From Bispira polyomma (lineage: Eukaryota): a stretch of 64,000 bases of DNA. Positions 1-13,719 of this stretch are shown in pieces. Within the stretch, counting starts at the first letter, position 1, and each line of letters opens with the position of its first letter. The stretch lies in assembly GCA_965649765.1 (NCBI GenBank), contig OZ287752.1, positions 3,286,001 to 3,350,000 of the forward strand, read 5' to 3'. The position numbers and the translations under genes are program-made. Under the pieces are notes generated by a model, which was not told where the DNA came from, made no database searches, and saw only the letters and a program-made list of their open reading frames with translations.

Positions 1-138
1 TGTACGTGGGGCTGATCTCTCCAGCCAGGGACGAGGGGGCCAGTTATGTGGCCTGGGGTCACAGTGCACTAGTTAACCCCTGGGGAGTGGTGACAGCACA
101 GGCTAAAGCAGAGGAGGAGATAGTGTATGGAGAGATAG
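1..138 (+). CDS. NIT2: Omega-amidase NIT2, penultimate coding exon (5' end lies outside the window)
   Basis: Frame from base 3 reads [45 protein letters not shown], matching the NIT2 motif [19 protein letters not shown]. It ends at a G|GTGAGT donor (phase 1). Confidence 0.93.
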
Positions 139-277
139 GTGAGTGTGTGTATCGCTGTGTGTTTGGGTGAGTGTGTGGATTTGCTTGTGTGGCACAAATA
201 GGGTGTTAACCAATTTGTATTTTATTTGATCCTGATTGTTTCTCAGGGCACATTAAATAAGCTGTCTTTAAAGCATA

Positions 278-486
278 GGGGCCACTGTGGCCTAGTGGTA
301 AAATGCGCTTGCTAATAATCACTGGTCTCTTGCCAATGTGGGTTTGAATCCCAGTTTGTCAGGTACTTGCCGTAGGTTGGTTGGTGGCTTAGTGGCTTCA
401 GCACTGGTTTCTTCCACCATCGACTCTGGCCATCATAATGTGACTTCAGCTGTTTAGAGCGACATAAAAGCCAACTAAATTCTAAA
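278..486 (+). mobile_element. Diverged tRNA-derived SINE in the NIT2 intron
   Basis: GGGGCC...TGGCCTAGTGGT A-box and GGGTTTGAATCCC B-box. The head resembles the SINE at 48166, with a short aaatt-type tail. Confidence 0.75.
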
Positions 487-839
487 TTTTGAAGCTTAAA
501 TAAACTAAGGAAGCGCTAATTGTTCATAATATCTGAGTATGCTAGATGCTGTATACCTGTATTTTCTTATGGATCATTGGCCGTTTTCTGCAAATATCTC
601 ACGCTTAACCTCGACTCAAGCTTGACTCTAAAGTCTTCCTATCTCTGGAAAGAGGGAAGATAAACCAAATCTGACTGTATATCTGAATTCAACAAGGAAA
701 GCTCTAAACAAATTAGTTGGTTACAAGTATAGGATTCTGTCCATCTACAGGAAATATGTGGAGAATATGTGTAGTTTAGGACTTTAGGTGCATTCTTACT
801 CCATGTAAAAGAAACTTTCTGTTTTCTCTGTTGAACCAA

Positions 840-1126
840 CCAAGAGGGCTGGATCTAGAGCTTTCTCTATCACTACCACCATGTTATATGCGATAGTCTC
901 CCAGTTGAGCTTCAATTGCTAGAAAGAGTTTCCGGGTTTTAGGAGGACATTTGTTCAAACTCACTAACCTCCCTTAGTTCCCCCTCCCTTTACACCCGTA
1001 CATCTTTCCTTATGACCTTGCTTATGTTTTTTAACTTCTCGATTGGGTACTTGATTTTGTTCTTGCGCTTTAGGAAATGTCTTTTATCACTAAGGCATGT
1101 TAAAAATGCAAAATACAATACAATAC
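840..1126 (+). mobile_element. L2/CR1-type LINE 3' end remnant
   Basis: Similar to LINE 3' ends at ~9670-9830 and 24131-24400 (reverse). It ends in a (CAATA)n tail. Confidence 0.6.
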
Positions 1127-1151
1127 TTGTTTCATATTTTGTTTTTACCAG

Positions 1152-1225
1152 ATTTAGATTACATGGACCAAGTACGGGAACAGATTCCTATTACAAAACA
1201 ACGGAAGGAAGACATCTACTCCTAG
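1152..1225 (+). CDS. NIT2: Omega-amidase NIT2, terminal coding exon
   Basis: Acceptor ttttgtttttaccag|AT. The phase-1 join gives DLDYMDQVREQIPITKQRKEDIYS*, matching the NIT2 C-terminus DL....IRQQIP...KR.DLY. Confidence 0.9.
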
Positions 1226-1322
1226 TATGTGGATATATGTGTGGCTGTGTGTGTGACTGTGTGTGATAGTGGGGTTGGGTGTGTAAGGAAAAGACAAACA
1301 TTATTCTTTCTCTGCCAAATAT

Positions 1323-1502
1323 GCAGTAAAACTTGGAACACGTCAGGAGAGGATCATTTTGTTTGGATAATAGAAGGTTCATCAAATGGAAGAGGTATTT
1401 CAGTGTTAAAAAACAATAGGACAACATTGGTTCAGGATAGTGAATATATGTAGAATTGAATATTTGGATAACAGTAGTTTGGATAACAGAGGTTCTACTG
1501 TA
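1323..1502. mobile_element. Tc1/mariner-type MITE
   Basis: Imperfect TIRs CAGTAAAAC... / ...GGTTCTACTG followed by TA, with internal TTGGATAA repeats. A related element lies at 51106-51304. Confidence 0.55.
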
Positions 1503-1920
1503 TACTAGGGACCACCCTTACAGCATGATCAGTCACAAAGTGGGGAGTGAGCTGTTAGTTAAATCTAATGTATAGATCTTTCGGTTGTAAGGTAATGCAG
1601 TCTTACTAAACACATTGTAAGCTCCGCTTAGCAGGTTTAAGTTTTTTTAGCCAAATTCCATTCAAAGTTTCTGTTTGTTATTTTCACTAGAATTACGCAA
1701 AATATAATACTAAACTAACTTGCATGAAATTTGGATGAAGCTTGGTTGAATGGCCAAGGTAGACTCCATTAAAGTTTGGAGTGTATCCAGGTAGTAGAAG
1801 GGTGGATCCTGGAATTTTGCTCACTTTTTGAAACTGTTTCGCTTTGGCAGAGGAGGTATGCACTATACTGAGAGCCCATTAGGGTTTTTCTTGCATTGTT
1901 TAAATCAACAAAGCAGGATA

Positions 1921-4229
1921 ATTATGTCCACCCCAGTGGGGGGTGGATATATTATTTTTGCTTTTTCCGGCGTCCAGCGTCTGGTGTCCGGCATCTGCCG
2001 TCCGGCGTCCGTCACGCTTGGTTTCCGTTCATTTCAAGGAAAAGTATTTATCCTATGTTTTACCAAATTTGGTATGGGTGTTTATTGGGTTAATAGCTTG
2101 CATGGGATTGCTTTTGGTGAAGATAGCTCTATAGCTAACTGAGTAATAGCTACTTACTTACTTTTAAGTACTTATTTGGTTTCCGGGCATTTTAGGGAAA
2201 AATATTTGACATATCTTTACCAAATTTGGTATGAGCAATAGTTAGGTCAATAGCTTGCTTGGGATTGCTTTTAGTGATAATAGCTATATAACTGACTCAG
2301 CAATAGCTACTTAGCTACTTTTAGTAGTAATAGCTACATAGCAAAAAACATAAATGTGTCTATCTCCTAAACCGTGCGAGATAGAGCGATTTCGTCGAAA
2401 TTTTCGACCTTCAGGGTACTTGAGCAATGTACTCTTGGCAATTTTGAAAAAAATTTACTCTCCCCAAAAATGGCGGCCATTTTGAATTTTCGAATTTTTG
2501 CCAAAAATGGAAAAACGTAAATTTGCTTCTATCTCCTTAACCGTGTGAGATACAGCAATTTCGTCGAAATTTTCGACCCACAGGGTATCTAAGAAATGTA
2601 CTATTGGCAATTTTCAAAAAATTTCCTCTCCCCAAAAATGGCGGCCATTTTGAATTTTCGAATTTTTGCCAAAAATGGAAAAACACAAATTTGCTTCTAT
2701 CTCCTTAACCGTGCGAGATAGAGCGATTGCGTCAAAATTTTCAACCCACAGGGTATCTAAGAAATGTACTATTGGCAATTTTCAAAAAATTTCCTCTCCC
2801 CAAAAATGGCGGCCATTTTGAATTTTCGAATTTTTGCTAAAAATGGAAAAACACAAATTTGCTTCTGTCTCCTTAACCGTGCAAGATAGAGCGATTTCAT
2901 CGAAATTTTAAACCCACTGGGTAACTAGGAAATGTCCTATTGGCAATTTTCAAAAAAATTTTCTCTCCCCAAAAATGGTGGCCATTTTGAATTTTTGAAT
3001 TTTTGCCAAAAATGGAAAAACACAAATTTGCTTCTATCTCCTTAACCGTGCGAGATAGAGCGATTTCATCGAAATTTTCGACCCCCAGGGTATCTAATCA
3101 ATGTACTATTGGCAATTTTCAAAAAGTTTTCTTTTCCCAAAAAATGGCGGCTATTTTGATTTTTCGAATTTTTGCCAAAAATGGAAAAACACAAATTTGC
3201 TTTTATCTCCTTAACCGTGTCAGATAGAGTGATTTCGTCGAAATTTTTGACCCACAGGGTATCTAAGAAATGTACTATTGGCAATTTTCAAAAAATTTCC
3301 TCTCCCCAAAAATGGCGGCCATTTTGAATTTTCGAATTTTTGCCAAAACTGGAAAAACACAAATTTGCTTCTATTTCCTGAACCGTGCGAGATAGAGCAA
3401 TTTGTTATTACTCTCACACACTGCCCATCAATTGATTTCTTCTGAGCTTTCAAAGAATTCACTCACAGATTATGCAACGAACAATAGCTTTTTCTTGATC
3501 TCCCCTGAGTAGACACACCACATACACCCTTCCTTTGGTGTAAATAAAAAATTAGGAAACTTGTGCACCCTTCTTTTGATACAAATAAAATAACATGAAA
3601 TTTATGCACTATTCCTTTGATTTAAATAAATAAATTTATGAAACTTATACATAAACCTGAAATAAAAGTGGACCTTAATCAATTGTAAATGTAGTTTATC
3701 ATTACCTTACATCAGATTTTTATAAATAATAGTTAAATTATCTGTTGTGAAGAAATTTTGCAAAATTGATGGCCAATTTTCCTGCCCATCACTTTAGCTG
3801 ATGGCCAATTTTCCTGATGGGATTTTTTGCTGATGGGATTCACTTGATGGACATTTTTCCTGATGGGCTTTTTTCAGGAATCTGTTACATGGTGTACACT
3901 ACTAGGCAGTGCTTGTGTAAATGTGTTATGTACCATTTAGTTAGACAGCATTTTGTCCCTCTTGCAATTTTAACTGTCGTTTTGTCCCCTCGGTATTTTG
4001 TCCGACAACATTTTGTCCGTGCAGTTGAAATAATTTACATGTATACTAATAAATTTTGGAGCATCGTTGATATATTTTACAAACAAAACAGTCCTGTAAG
4101 ACTACTGTGCAATTGTTCCAAAAGGTTCATGGGGTGGACATTACACATGCTAATGTGTGTTCTTCTATGCTATCCTGTTTCTTTTCATATGTTGCAGCTA
4201 CTCTTAACAGGGCGTCCTATTTCTAGTTG
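1921..4229 (+). mobile_element. Non-autonomous Helentron-type (HINE/DINE-1/CvA-like) element containing a tandem array
   Basis: 5' ATGTCCACCCC followed by a local hairpin and a CGTCCG microsatellite. The exact reverse complement GGGGTGGACAT lies at 4131, and the element ends TTTCTAGTT. It has a central 168-bp array. Confidence 0.7.
2352..3402 (+). repeat. Tandem array, 168-169 bp unit, ~6.2 copies
   Basis: The TGGCGGCCATTTTG-like motif recurs at 2471, 2639, 2807, 2976, 3145 and 3313. Confidence 0.95.
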
Positions 4230-6959
4230 AACTTCCTATCAATTTGTATTTTGATCTTTTTTTTTCCTCATCATAATTAAGGAATAACGCATCACAAACC
4301 ATAATATACAGTCATTTTTACCACAATTGGAGGCGTAGTAACACAAACCATAATATACAGTCATTTTTACCACAATTGGAGGCGTCGTAACACCAAGGCG
4401 AAGCAGGAAGATTTGTACACTCAAAGAGTGGTAAAAAATATTGTATATCAGGTTTGGAATGTGTTAATCCCATTCTAACATGGCAAATTACAATAATTAC
4501 CCGATTCCTGCTGTATTAAAAGCAACATCACAGCATTAAAGGAACTATTATATCCACATGGCATCAAGTACACTTCAGACAAAATTAGTTTTGGTGTATA
4601 TGTTGAATTTTACTATAACGTTCAGCTAATCAGAATCGCTGACACAGCTCATTGTTGGAATCTGGGATTGCACTAGTCAGTGATATGTTTTAGGACTATT
4701 CCTTATTGGAGAACGACTGGTTTAGAGGAGGATGATGCAATGTTAAATGCTTCATTAATAATAATTGTTACTTGTATGTCTATGAATGAACTGTTATTAA
4801 TCAGATTATATGATCATGTTTCCCTGCACAAATCTTAAAATCTACAAAACACAAACTCATCTTGAGAATATATTCTAGGGACAAGATTTACTGTTTTTAA
4901 ACCCAGCAGTGGCCTGCAATGTCACATAGGATCTATGACTGGGCCAAATTTCTTGCTGTCTGAGCCCAAAAATTCATTGGCTGATAAATTTGATATCTGG
5001 ATTGCAGTGAAGTTGCTGTCCATATATTCCGAAAGAAACTCCAGTTTAAACTCAATTCCAGTAAAGACTAACTGAAAGTCTTTGTATTTATTTACTGTCC
5101 TTTAAGCAAAAACTACTGTCCCTTGGCCAAAGGGTCCATGTTAATGTCATTCCCTGCATATTGCAAGAAGTGATCATTTAAATTTTTATTCAGTTGATCA
5201 AATTGTGCAATGATAGTATAAAATTACAACAGCTCTTGTGATGAAATAAAATAATATATCCAGACAATGTGGCTTGTTTTCTGTGAGTATTCTGACCAAA
5301 TGTGATATACATGTATTCCAAAAGTGCACAACAAATTCGTGAATTAGCAATACATTAAACTATAACTGGTATGTTTCAGTATACAACTCTGTAAGTCTGG
5401 TGAAAGATAAAATTTCAGCTTTGGTAAACAAGTTACAATACAAAACTTGAAATGTAAAATTAAATTTGATAAAAGCAACAATTTCTTAAAGGTGTTTCTA
5501 ATTAAATTAGATAAAATTGTAAGGATTTAAAAGCTATGAAAAGTTGTGTTATGATTTTTTACCAGAAATGTAAGTTTCTATACAACCTAAATAAAATGAT
5601 ATTGCTATAGGCCATAGATTTTATACTTCCTGTCATTTGATTGTGTTCAACTTTATGTTCATTGCTTCTACATTTAATTGGTACAAGAGCAGGACAATTA
5701 TATAATGTTTGTGGGTGGGGATAGTACCTAGCAAGGCAATAGAACTGTTGAGGGCCATTTTGACACCCTTGCCGGTATCATTTTAATGTGTTTTATTTAA
5801 ATTCTCCCGAGTTGTGAGCTTTAAAATGATATTTTATTTTTTTAAATAATGATTTTATCAACTCTTATTTATTTTTATTGGTGTCAAATCGGCCACGTCA
5901 AGTGAACACTGGGGCTTAGTGTTGAAACGGCACCCGTTTTAGGGTTCGCTGATTCGAATTGGCGCCTGGTGTTGAAATGGTGTGTAACATAACCTCTACC
6001 CTGTAAACAGCTGGGAAGAGCAAGATTTTGTTCGGATAATAGAAGGCCCATATACAACTATAACTACACAATCTGTTGAGCTGATGTTACATTGTCAAAG
6101 ACACAGTGAAACAAATGTATTGCTACTTGGCAGAATTTTAGAGATAAGCTCAAAGCAGTAGTAGATGATGAGAATTTTTTGAGCTATGAAACAATAGAGG
6201 ATAATGTACCATATAATGTGTCCCCCTGTCTCGTTATTTCTGTTTGCTCCAACCATACTTTCATTTGAACTATACTGTGAATTAGAATCAGTTTTTGTAT
6301 GTAGCACTTTTTCTTACGGATCCAAATTCATAATCCATGTCTGGTATGAATTCTGGGAAAAGGTCTTGTCGCTAACCGCTTCGGTCAATATAAAGAAAGG
6401 TACCAAATTTGGAAGACACCTGGCAACTGTTCCAACAATTTAATATTAAATAGTACTGTATGTTGAAAAGAAACCCTTTTAGATGTAATTGCTATATAAA
6501 ATGACCATTGTCTACTCATAATGCATCACAGTAAACAAAGAGGCCCTATAACTGTTAAAAGGTCTATAAACTGATAAAAACTTTCATCTGTCACTTCAAC
6601 ATGAAAACTGCAGATGATTTGACACTATTTGTTGTACCCAAAAAAGTTTGACCAGGAAATGGTATATATGGTTGAGCGATTTGATCAAGTAAACATTTCC
6701 CTTCTAATCCGATGCTTCATTTTCATTCTGTCTCTGTTTTGGGGCATCATACAATCTCACCTTATTTTGGCGAATTGTTCAGACTAGTATTTCAGCATTG
6801 TTAATATGGATAATCAGATGAGAAGCCAAAAAATGAATTAATTGGGCATTTGGACTGATCTTTTAGTTTTAGCGAGGAAACAACGAGAGACAAGCACTAC
6901 AGCAAAAAAAATAAATAAAAATAGGAGGGGAAATAATTGTGATTTTGGAATCTTTATTT

Positions 6960-7791
6960 CTTACAGTTACAAGGACAGAGACAAGAACCAGGGCAAGCAC
7001 AAGCACAGCAAACAAGAAACAGAAAGGGTCTGTTGGAGTAGGTCTTGGTTATTGAGAAGGTCTGATTATGGATAGCATGAGAAATTGTTGCAGAAATTCA
7101 GAAAAGCAGCATAAACCTATTGATGACTACAGAAAATTCCTCCGGATTGAACCTGACTTTTTTCTTGAACTTGTGCAATGGGTAGGACCTCGGGTGTAGA
7201 GAAAATAGACATTCTGGAGGAAACCAGTAGAGCCTAGGCTACGCATTGCGATCATGCAACAGGAAATTTATATGACACTCTGCAATATAATTTCAGGGTA
7301 CCTTGCAAGATTGTAAAAGAGACCTGTGATGCTTTAGCTGATGAATACATAGACTACGGCCCAGGAATGGGAGCTGTACCAAGTGAGTTTGTAAGCCTGT
7401 GGACATTCAACTATACCCTGGGAGCCATGGATGGAAAGCATATAGCCATAAGGTTTCACCTGGGCAGGGATCTGTACCACAATTACAAAGGCTTTGATTT
7501 CACTGTTTTGTTTGCTCTTGTGGATGCAAGGTACAAGTTCCTGTATGTATACAATAGTGGTAGTGATGGGAGTTGTTCAGATGTAGGAATCGTGGGATGT
7601 GGATAATTGTAGGCGCAGGACGGTCAATATGTTGGACTGCCTGCTGATGAGCCATTGCACAGTGCCGATCAACCGGTGCCCTACTTCATTGTGGGTGATG
7701 ACGCATTTGCCTTACCTACCTGGCTTATGAGACCCTCCTCGCAAAGGTTCCAGTCTAATGACACAAGGATATTTAACTGCAACTGGGCCTT
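6960..7791 (+). pseudogene. PIF/Harbinger (HARBI1-like, DDE_Tnp_4) transposase relic
   Basis: Fragments WSRSWLLRR..YG, LGAMDGKHIAI, YHNYKGF..VLFALVDARYKFLYV, GSCSD and VPYFIVGDDAFAL..WLMRP, with stops and frameshifts. It ends in a TIR-like AACTGGGCCTT. Confidence 0.88.
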
Positions 7792-8479
7792 TGTGAACAA
7801 AGAGTAGGTTGTTTGACAAAAAGATTGTTTTTACGAGTGAGGCAAAGTACATATCTGTCATTCTAGCAAGTTCATTAAAATTAGTGAATAATCAATATAA
7901 TTCTGAACCTATTAAAGGGGTTTAACATATTGGCACTATAGTAATGCAGTGCCAGTTTTAAAATTTATACATTTAATATTGTATATAATTATAGGGGTAC
8001 TAATGTCCCTAGTGAATTTTAGTAGTTTTAAAGTAAGGTTGATGTTAAACTTTGACTAAAGTTATCAAGGTCTACAAAGTAACTAATTATAATAGTAATA
8101 ACATTTTTTCACAGGCCTTATATCTTTTCAGCATTTCTTCACGAGTCACCCCTCTACTAATGGCCCCTGGGCAAATACTGATTCATGGCAGGCTGCTGAA
8201 AAGTTATAAATGTTATAATATCACTCTATAGTACTATTATTATTCATACTATGATTGTCGCAAATTTATTGGAGGATATTCTGACAAACAGGCCAGTGAG
8301 AAGGATAACCTGGCTAAGGTCCATAAGAATTGATAAGGTTTCAAAGCAAAAGTGAATATATAGGAAAGGTGGCAGTAATGTGCTGGTAAAGTGTAATAGT
8401 AAAAGAGGTGATGTAGAGAAGACCTCTTATCAACATTGTATCTTTTTGTATTCAAATCTAAGCTCAACATATTAATATA

Positions 8480-9850
8480 CCTTCACTGCGGCAGAACAAG
8501 CCAATCAGCACCAGTAACTGCTCATTCCCATAACTGAAGAAAGAGACTTGAGGATTTCCCCACCTGTTTCAAAATGGCAAATGTTACTCCCTTGCAAACA
8601 AAACCGGGGCTTCATAAGAACTAATTCCAAAAAGACCCGTGTCAAATCTCAGATTTATCTCTAAAAGTAATCGAGAAAGCTGTGGCACAACAAATTTCTG
8701 ACCACCTCACCACACTAAACATCGAAAAACGTCACTACAGAAAGTTTCACTATACAAAAAGTGCCTTTTCTCTATCAGCAATGATATCAATTCTGTATTG
8801 GACCGCAATGAAACAGTGGCCCTCACACATTAAGATCTCTCAGCAGCCTCCGACAACATTGATCATGGCCTATTTCAACTCAACCAGTGGTTCGGAATTA
8901 ATGGCAGTGTCCTCGATTCGATCAGAAAAAAAACTAGATGATCACTTCTTATCTTCCATTAACCTACCATATGGTGTACCCCAGGGATCTGTCTATGGGC
9001 CTCTACTTTTCACCCTCTACACATCCTCTCAGCACTATCATCAATAATCATGATATAAAAATATTGATGAAAATAAAGTCTATCTTTCAACCCTCAAAAT
9101 GCAAATAAAGATATTGATCTACTGGCAGACTGTTTATCCTCTGTCCAGGTTTGGATGAACTACTCGAAATTGAAATTAAATCCTGAAAAAACTAAATTCA
9201 TTCTCATTGGAAACAGGAAAGACAGTGAATTCCCAACATTAGTGTTCCCCATTTCCCTTATGGGAAAAGATATAATACCTTCCGAAAAATTCCAAAAACC
9301 TTGGTGTCACTTTTGATACTGCCTTTTTGTTTGATACTCATATTTCCAACATCTGTCGCTCCTACTGTTACCACATTCATGAAATTAAAATGCTATAACT
9401 TTGGCTAACACTATTGTGAGAAGCCGCATCAACTGCTGCAACTTTTTTTTTTGTTTGGAGTAAACAGGTTAAAGATTACAAAGCTCCAGTTCGTTTAAAA
9501 CCACCTATGCAGGGTAATTTGTCGCCTGGGCGGTCGCACAGACGTCACTCCTTACCTTAAAAAACTATACTGGCTTCCCATTCACTCAAAATTCACGTTA
9601 CCACTTTCAAGGCTGTAGTCACTCAACAGCCCTCCTACCCCGCTTCGCTTATCTCTTTCAGTAACCTGAAGGCAGGATCCAGAGCTTTCTCCATTAACGG
9701 CTCCCTTGTCATGTAAAGGTCTCCCGGTTGACCTCAGATCAGTGGATACACTTTTTTAGTTAGGCTTAGTAACCTACGCACCTTAGCTTCCCTCCTGTAC
9801 TCCCCCCACATCTATCCTTATGACCTTGGTTTGTTGTAGGGTGTCAATCA
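8480..9850 (+). mobile_element. Degenerate L2/CR1-clade LINE (RT region and 3' end)
   Basis: FKMANVTPL..KPGL, GVPQGSVYGPLLFTLY, WMNYSKLKLNPEKTKFILIG and LYWLPI. Same family as 24131-27500. Confidence 0.88.
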
Positions 9851-10477
9851 TTTTATTCTGTGGGAAGGCAGCATCTAATGATCAAATTTAACATTTATCC
9901 AATATAACCTGCTTCATACAACAATGTCCCTCTCGATGCAGGTGTACAAATGCCTACCTGGTTGTTATTGGGTATTAGTCTTTGTGCCAAAAGTTGCACA
10001 TGGAGCAGAGAGTGAACATGGATGACAAAGTAGAAGAACCCAAGCCAAACATTAGATGTAACTTTATTGGGACTCCTGTCATACCATAAATCTGTACATT
10101 TACACAGTTTTTCGAGAATGGTCACTGACAATAAAGCAGTTCTTCATAATGGTCAGTTCTAACTGAGATGAGAGATGGGCAGTTGATTGGTGGCATATCA
10201 CATTTTTTCAATATCTATAATCAATGATGTACACTGAAGCTGTGGGATCTGAAGCAGCAGTTTAGTCAAAGTCAAGTACTCTAGATGGCAAGAATATCTA
10301 AATGTAAAATGTAGTTTACTGCTTAATTTAGTCCTACTGCAAGTGGGATTATTTGACATGCTTGAGACCACCTACATTGTCAGAGACCTCATGTTAATTG
10401 ATTTGATTACGACTACTTAGAAAATTCAAAGTCGCGTTAGCATTTTACTCTTACGGTCTTTTATTGCAAATTAATGT

Positions 10478-10660
10478 TTTACTGTCCTGTACTCCATTAT
10501 TGTCATGTACTGTCTTTTACTCCTTTACTGTTATTTACTCCTTTACTGTTATTTACTCATTTACTGTCCTTTACTCCTTTACTGTCATTTATTGTCCATT
10601 ACTGTTGTTTATTTACTGTTTTTTACTGTTATTTACTGTTCTACACCCTGTTACTGTAGC
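10478..10660 (+). repeat. TTTACTG/TTTACTC simple repeat tract, unit 1
   Basis: Directly visible short-period repeat. Confidence 0.9.
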
Positions 10661-11974
10661 TGTTGGTAATATTTACTTTTGATTCTCTGTATTGTCATAT
10701 TATAATAATATTGAGGAATAGTTGACAAAAGTTTTAATGAAAAGCACAGTTGAAACGTGGTAGTACTGCTTTAAAGTTATAGATGGGGCCGTTATGGAAT
10801 GCTTGGAGTCTGTGTTTGACAGAGTTGCTCTGGGAATTACAAGGTTCCCTGTTCTCCTGGTGACACAATAATTATGATTTTAGGATAACATTATCGGGCG
10901 AGATCACACATACTTAAGATAACAATTGGCTCTGTATTTAGTTCATAATTAATGGTTTATCGGTTCTGATTTTTGTGCCAAGCATCAACAGGACCATTAA
11001 AATTCCACAGTCGACTAAGTCGGCCAGTCGTAATGTATTATTTGCATGGGTTCTGAATAGTTGTCAGTATTATGTTGGGATGTAATCATTGAAGCATTTC
11101 GGAAGTGCCATATTGATGAACAAATAACAATAATAATCCTTGAAGCATTTAAAAGGGGTCATCTTAATGCAAACATCCTCTACGGTGCTCATATCCAAAA
11201 AGATCAAGGTCAAGCAAAATGGCTGTTATCAAAAACTTTGTGACCAGGACAGAAATTAAGAAGGTGGGGTGGGGTGGGGTGGGGTTGGTGGGATGGTAAG
11301 TCAATCTGAAAAGCTATGTTTTAAGTTCACTTTTGAAACCAGTGATTGTATCCCTTGATTTGGCAGTCTGTGAAAGCCTTAATCAAGCATAAATGGCTAT
11401 ATTTTGACAAATTTGTTAGTTATTGTATATTTTCTCAGTGCATCAAAAATGTGAGTATATGTTGATTTCATTTTCTATTTTCAAATTTTGAGCAATTACT
11501 TGAAATCATCATTTTGAAATAACCACCCTGTCGAAATGGCCCTCTGCACCAAGTTTCATTCTGAAATCACCCAAGTCATTTTAGTGGTAAGATATGTGAC
11601 ACTTATCTGAGTTAAGGAGTGGATTCAGTGCTAGTTATTGTGATGGAAGTAACTCAACTATGTGTATGTAATAATAGTTATAATTACATCTGATTGCCTC
11701 ATGTTCAACCTTATGTTCAGAGTTCAATCTTTCAGAATGTTTATGGACAGCTTAAGTATGTCATAGCTAAAATGTTCTTTCTTGTAAAAAGTTAATTGTC
11801 TGTTCAATGTTGTGACTATTTTTGTGATCATATTTTTTTTGCGATCATATCTCTAATATACATTGCTCTTTGTGAGAATTTTAATTCATGATACTTTATC
11901 ACTAACAGAAGATTTTACATTGTGTCTTTATTACAGATGATATACTTGCAGAGCTCAGGATTATTATGTGCAGC

Positions 11975-12219
11975 TTATATCCTGATATAAACATCATTTC
12001 CTTGGTGGTTAGATGTCTCTAAAAGCATTGGGTTTTCATTGACACACCGCCTGGCAACACATGCGCCACCTGGTTTGTAGTTAATTACATTGCCTTTCAC
12101 TGAACAGACCCAATCATGACACTCCCTAACCGTAGGCAAAGCCTTTGCTTGAAGATAAATGCAGTTGGAAATTTTTGATGGAGAATTCCTGCTGTAAATC
12201 AATTCATAAACACACCAGT
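11975..12219 (-). CDS. Secreted Cys-rich protein, copy 1, terminal exon (spliced CDS 573 nt, 190 aa, intact)
   Basis: ttgtactttcag|AC acceptor, then NWCVYELIYSRNSPSKISNCIYLQAKALPTVRECHDWVCSVKGNVINYKPGGACVARRCVNENPMLLETSNHQGNDVYIRI*. Confidence 0.82.
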
Positions 12220-12344
12220 CTGAAAGTACAACACAGAAATCAACAAACAAATAAATAAAAATTATTCATTTGATATAGCGCATAATGAACATCACTGTTA
12301 TCTAATGTGTTTTGACAATATTTCCCCAGCCTAGGTTTTTTCAC

Positions 12345-12592
12345 TTGTTAACCAATTGTTCAGTCTCAGATTACTCAGGTAGCATACTAGCCATGCTGCC
12401 ACATACAGCGCACAAAGAATAACACCCATTAGCGGCCAGCTACCTATTTATATACCTTGGTAGAGAGGGAAAACTTTTTGTAAAGCTCCTTGTCCAAGGG
12501 TACAATCTCCAGGCCAGCGGCAAGGTTTGAACAGGGGCTCTGATATCACTCAGATCTGACAAGTCCGACACTCTAAATGCTAGGCCACATAG
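12345..12592 (-). mobile_element. tRNA-derived SINE with CORE-like central domain in intron 2 (paralogous copies ~19030-19265 and ~29838-30078)
   Basis: The reverse strand has TGGCCTAG..TTAGAGTGTCGGACT and CCTTGGACAAGG...CTCTCTACCAAGGTATATAAATAGGTA. Same family as 38205-38480 and 40503-40680. Confidence 0.7.
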
Positions 12593-12916
12593 ACCACAAA
12601 TACGTTATTCACCTTTTGTCAATAGAAGGTGGCATTATTGTTAAGTACGTTCACTTACTTATTGACAAAAATTGATCATTGATTGTTTTAGAAACACATT
12701 AAGTTTTTTCCTATTACTTAAATATGAATAAAATTAAATTATAGTTATATATAGTATTGTGGGATTTTTAAACAAATGGGTAGACATAATACATAACATA
12801 ATACCAGAAACTATTGATGTAGAATGTTTTTGGGTGAAAGAAACAACAAATTTTTATATGTCTGGTTTGTTAAAAATGTACAGTAATTGAAAGCACCTGC
12901 TTCCCAACATACTTAC

Positions 12917-13033
12917 TTAGCTTTTCATAAACTGGAAGTGTGGAGGCAGAAAAGACAACAGGTTGCAGTTGATTATTTGTTACATGAGATACAATAAATG
13001 GGATCCCCAGGCACAGAATACAGTTGTCTTCAG
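12917..13033 (-). CDS. Secreted Cys-rich protein, copy 1, coding exon 2
   Basis: cacacag|CTGAAG...CTAA|gtaagt. 117 nt, phase 1-1, reading AEDNCILCLGIPFIVSHVTNNQLQPVVFSASTLPVYEKL. Confidence 0.82.
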
Positions 13034-13719
13034 CTGTGTGTATATATGAACAGGATATTCTAGAATTTAAATATCAAGAATCATAAGCAGTAAAAGAAAA
13101 GCTTAATATTTGATTAGTGTTGCTCCCTTTTATTGTGTCCAACACTAACACAAACTTGGTAAATGTCATTGCTATGAAGACCCAAGTTTAAAATTATTTC
13201 ATAGATGGACAAACAGATTAAGCTTTATAGATGGATAACTTGTAAATAGAACCCACGGTAATGTAAGGTGATTCACCCATCATCAGCAGGTTAAGTGCTT
13301 GTCATACATTTTTTGTGGAAGCATTCTTGTTTCTATTAACTCAAAATTAAAAGTCAAGTACACAAGAGACTATTTTATAGAACACAAATTTTACGTTTTG
13401 AGCTATAAGTTTGGATTTAGGTGTACGATTCTGTATATTCAACTTTCTTTTAGTGATTTCTTGTTTTACTGCTACCTGCAGATGCTGCTTTCATACTACT
13501 GATGTAGTTTTACAATATTATATCGAAACAATCAAATATGTTATTATATACAAGTTTTACTATTTTGAACTAATATTTTAGCCATTTCATGAAATGTTAC
13601 CCATGCAAAACCACCAGTAATGTTACATGCATGTATCAAAGCTGTGCTATTTTTAACTGTAGAGATATATTTATATAGTGCCTCCACAACACTAACTCTC
13701 GAGCTCCCAGTTAGTGTAA

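Noticed and set aside
2352-3462. ORFs in the 168-bp array
   Set aside because: They are repeat-derived, occur on both strands and shift frame between units.
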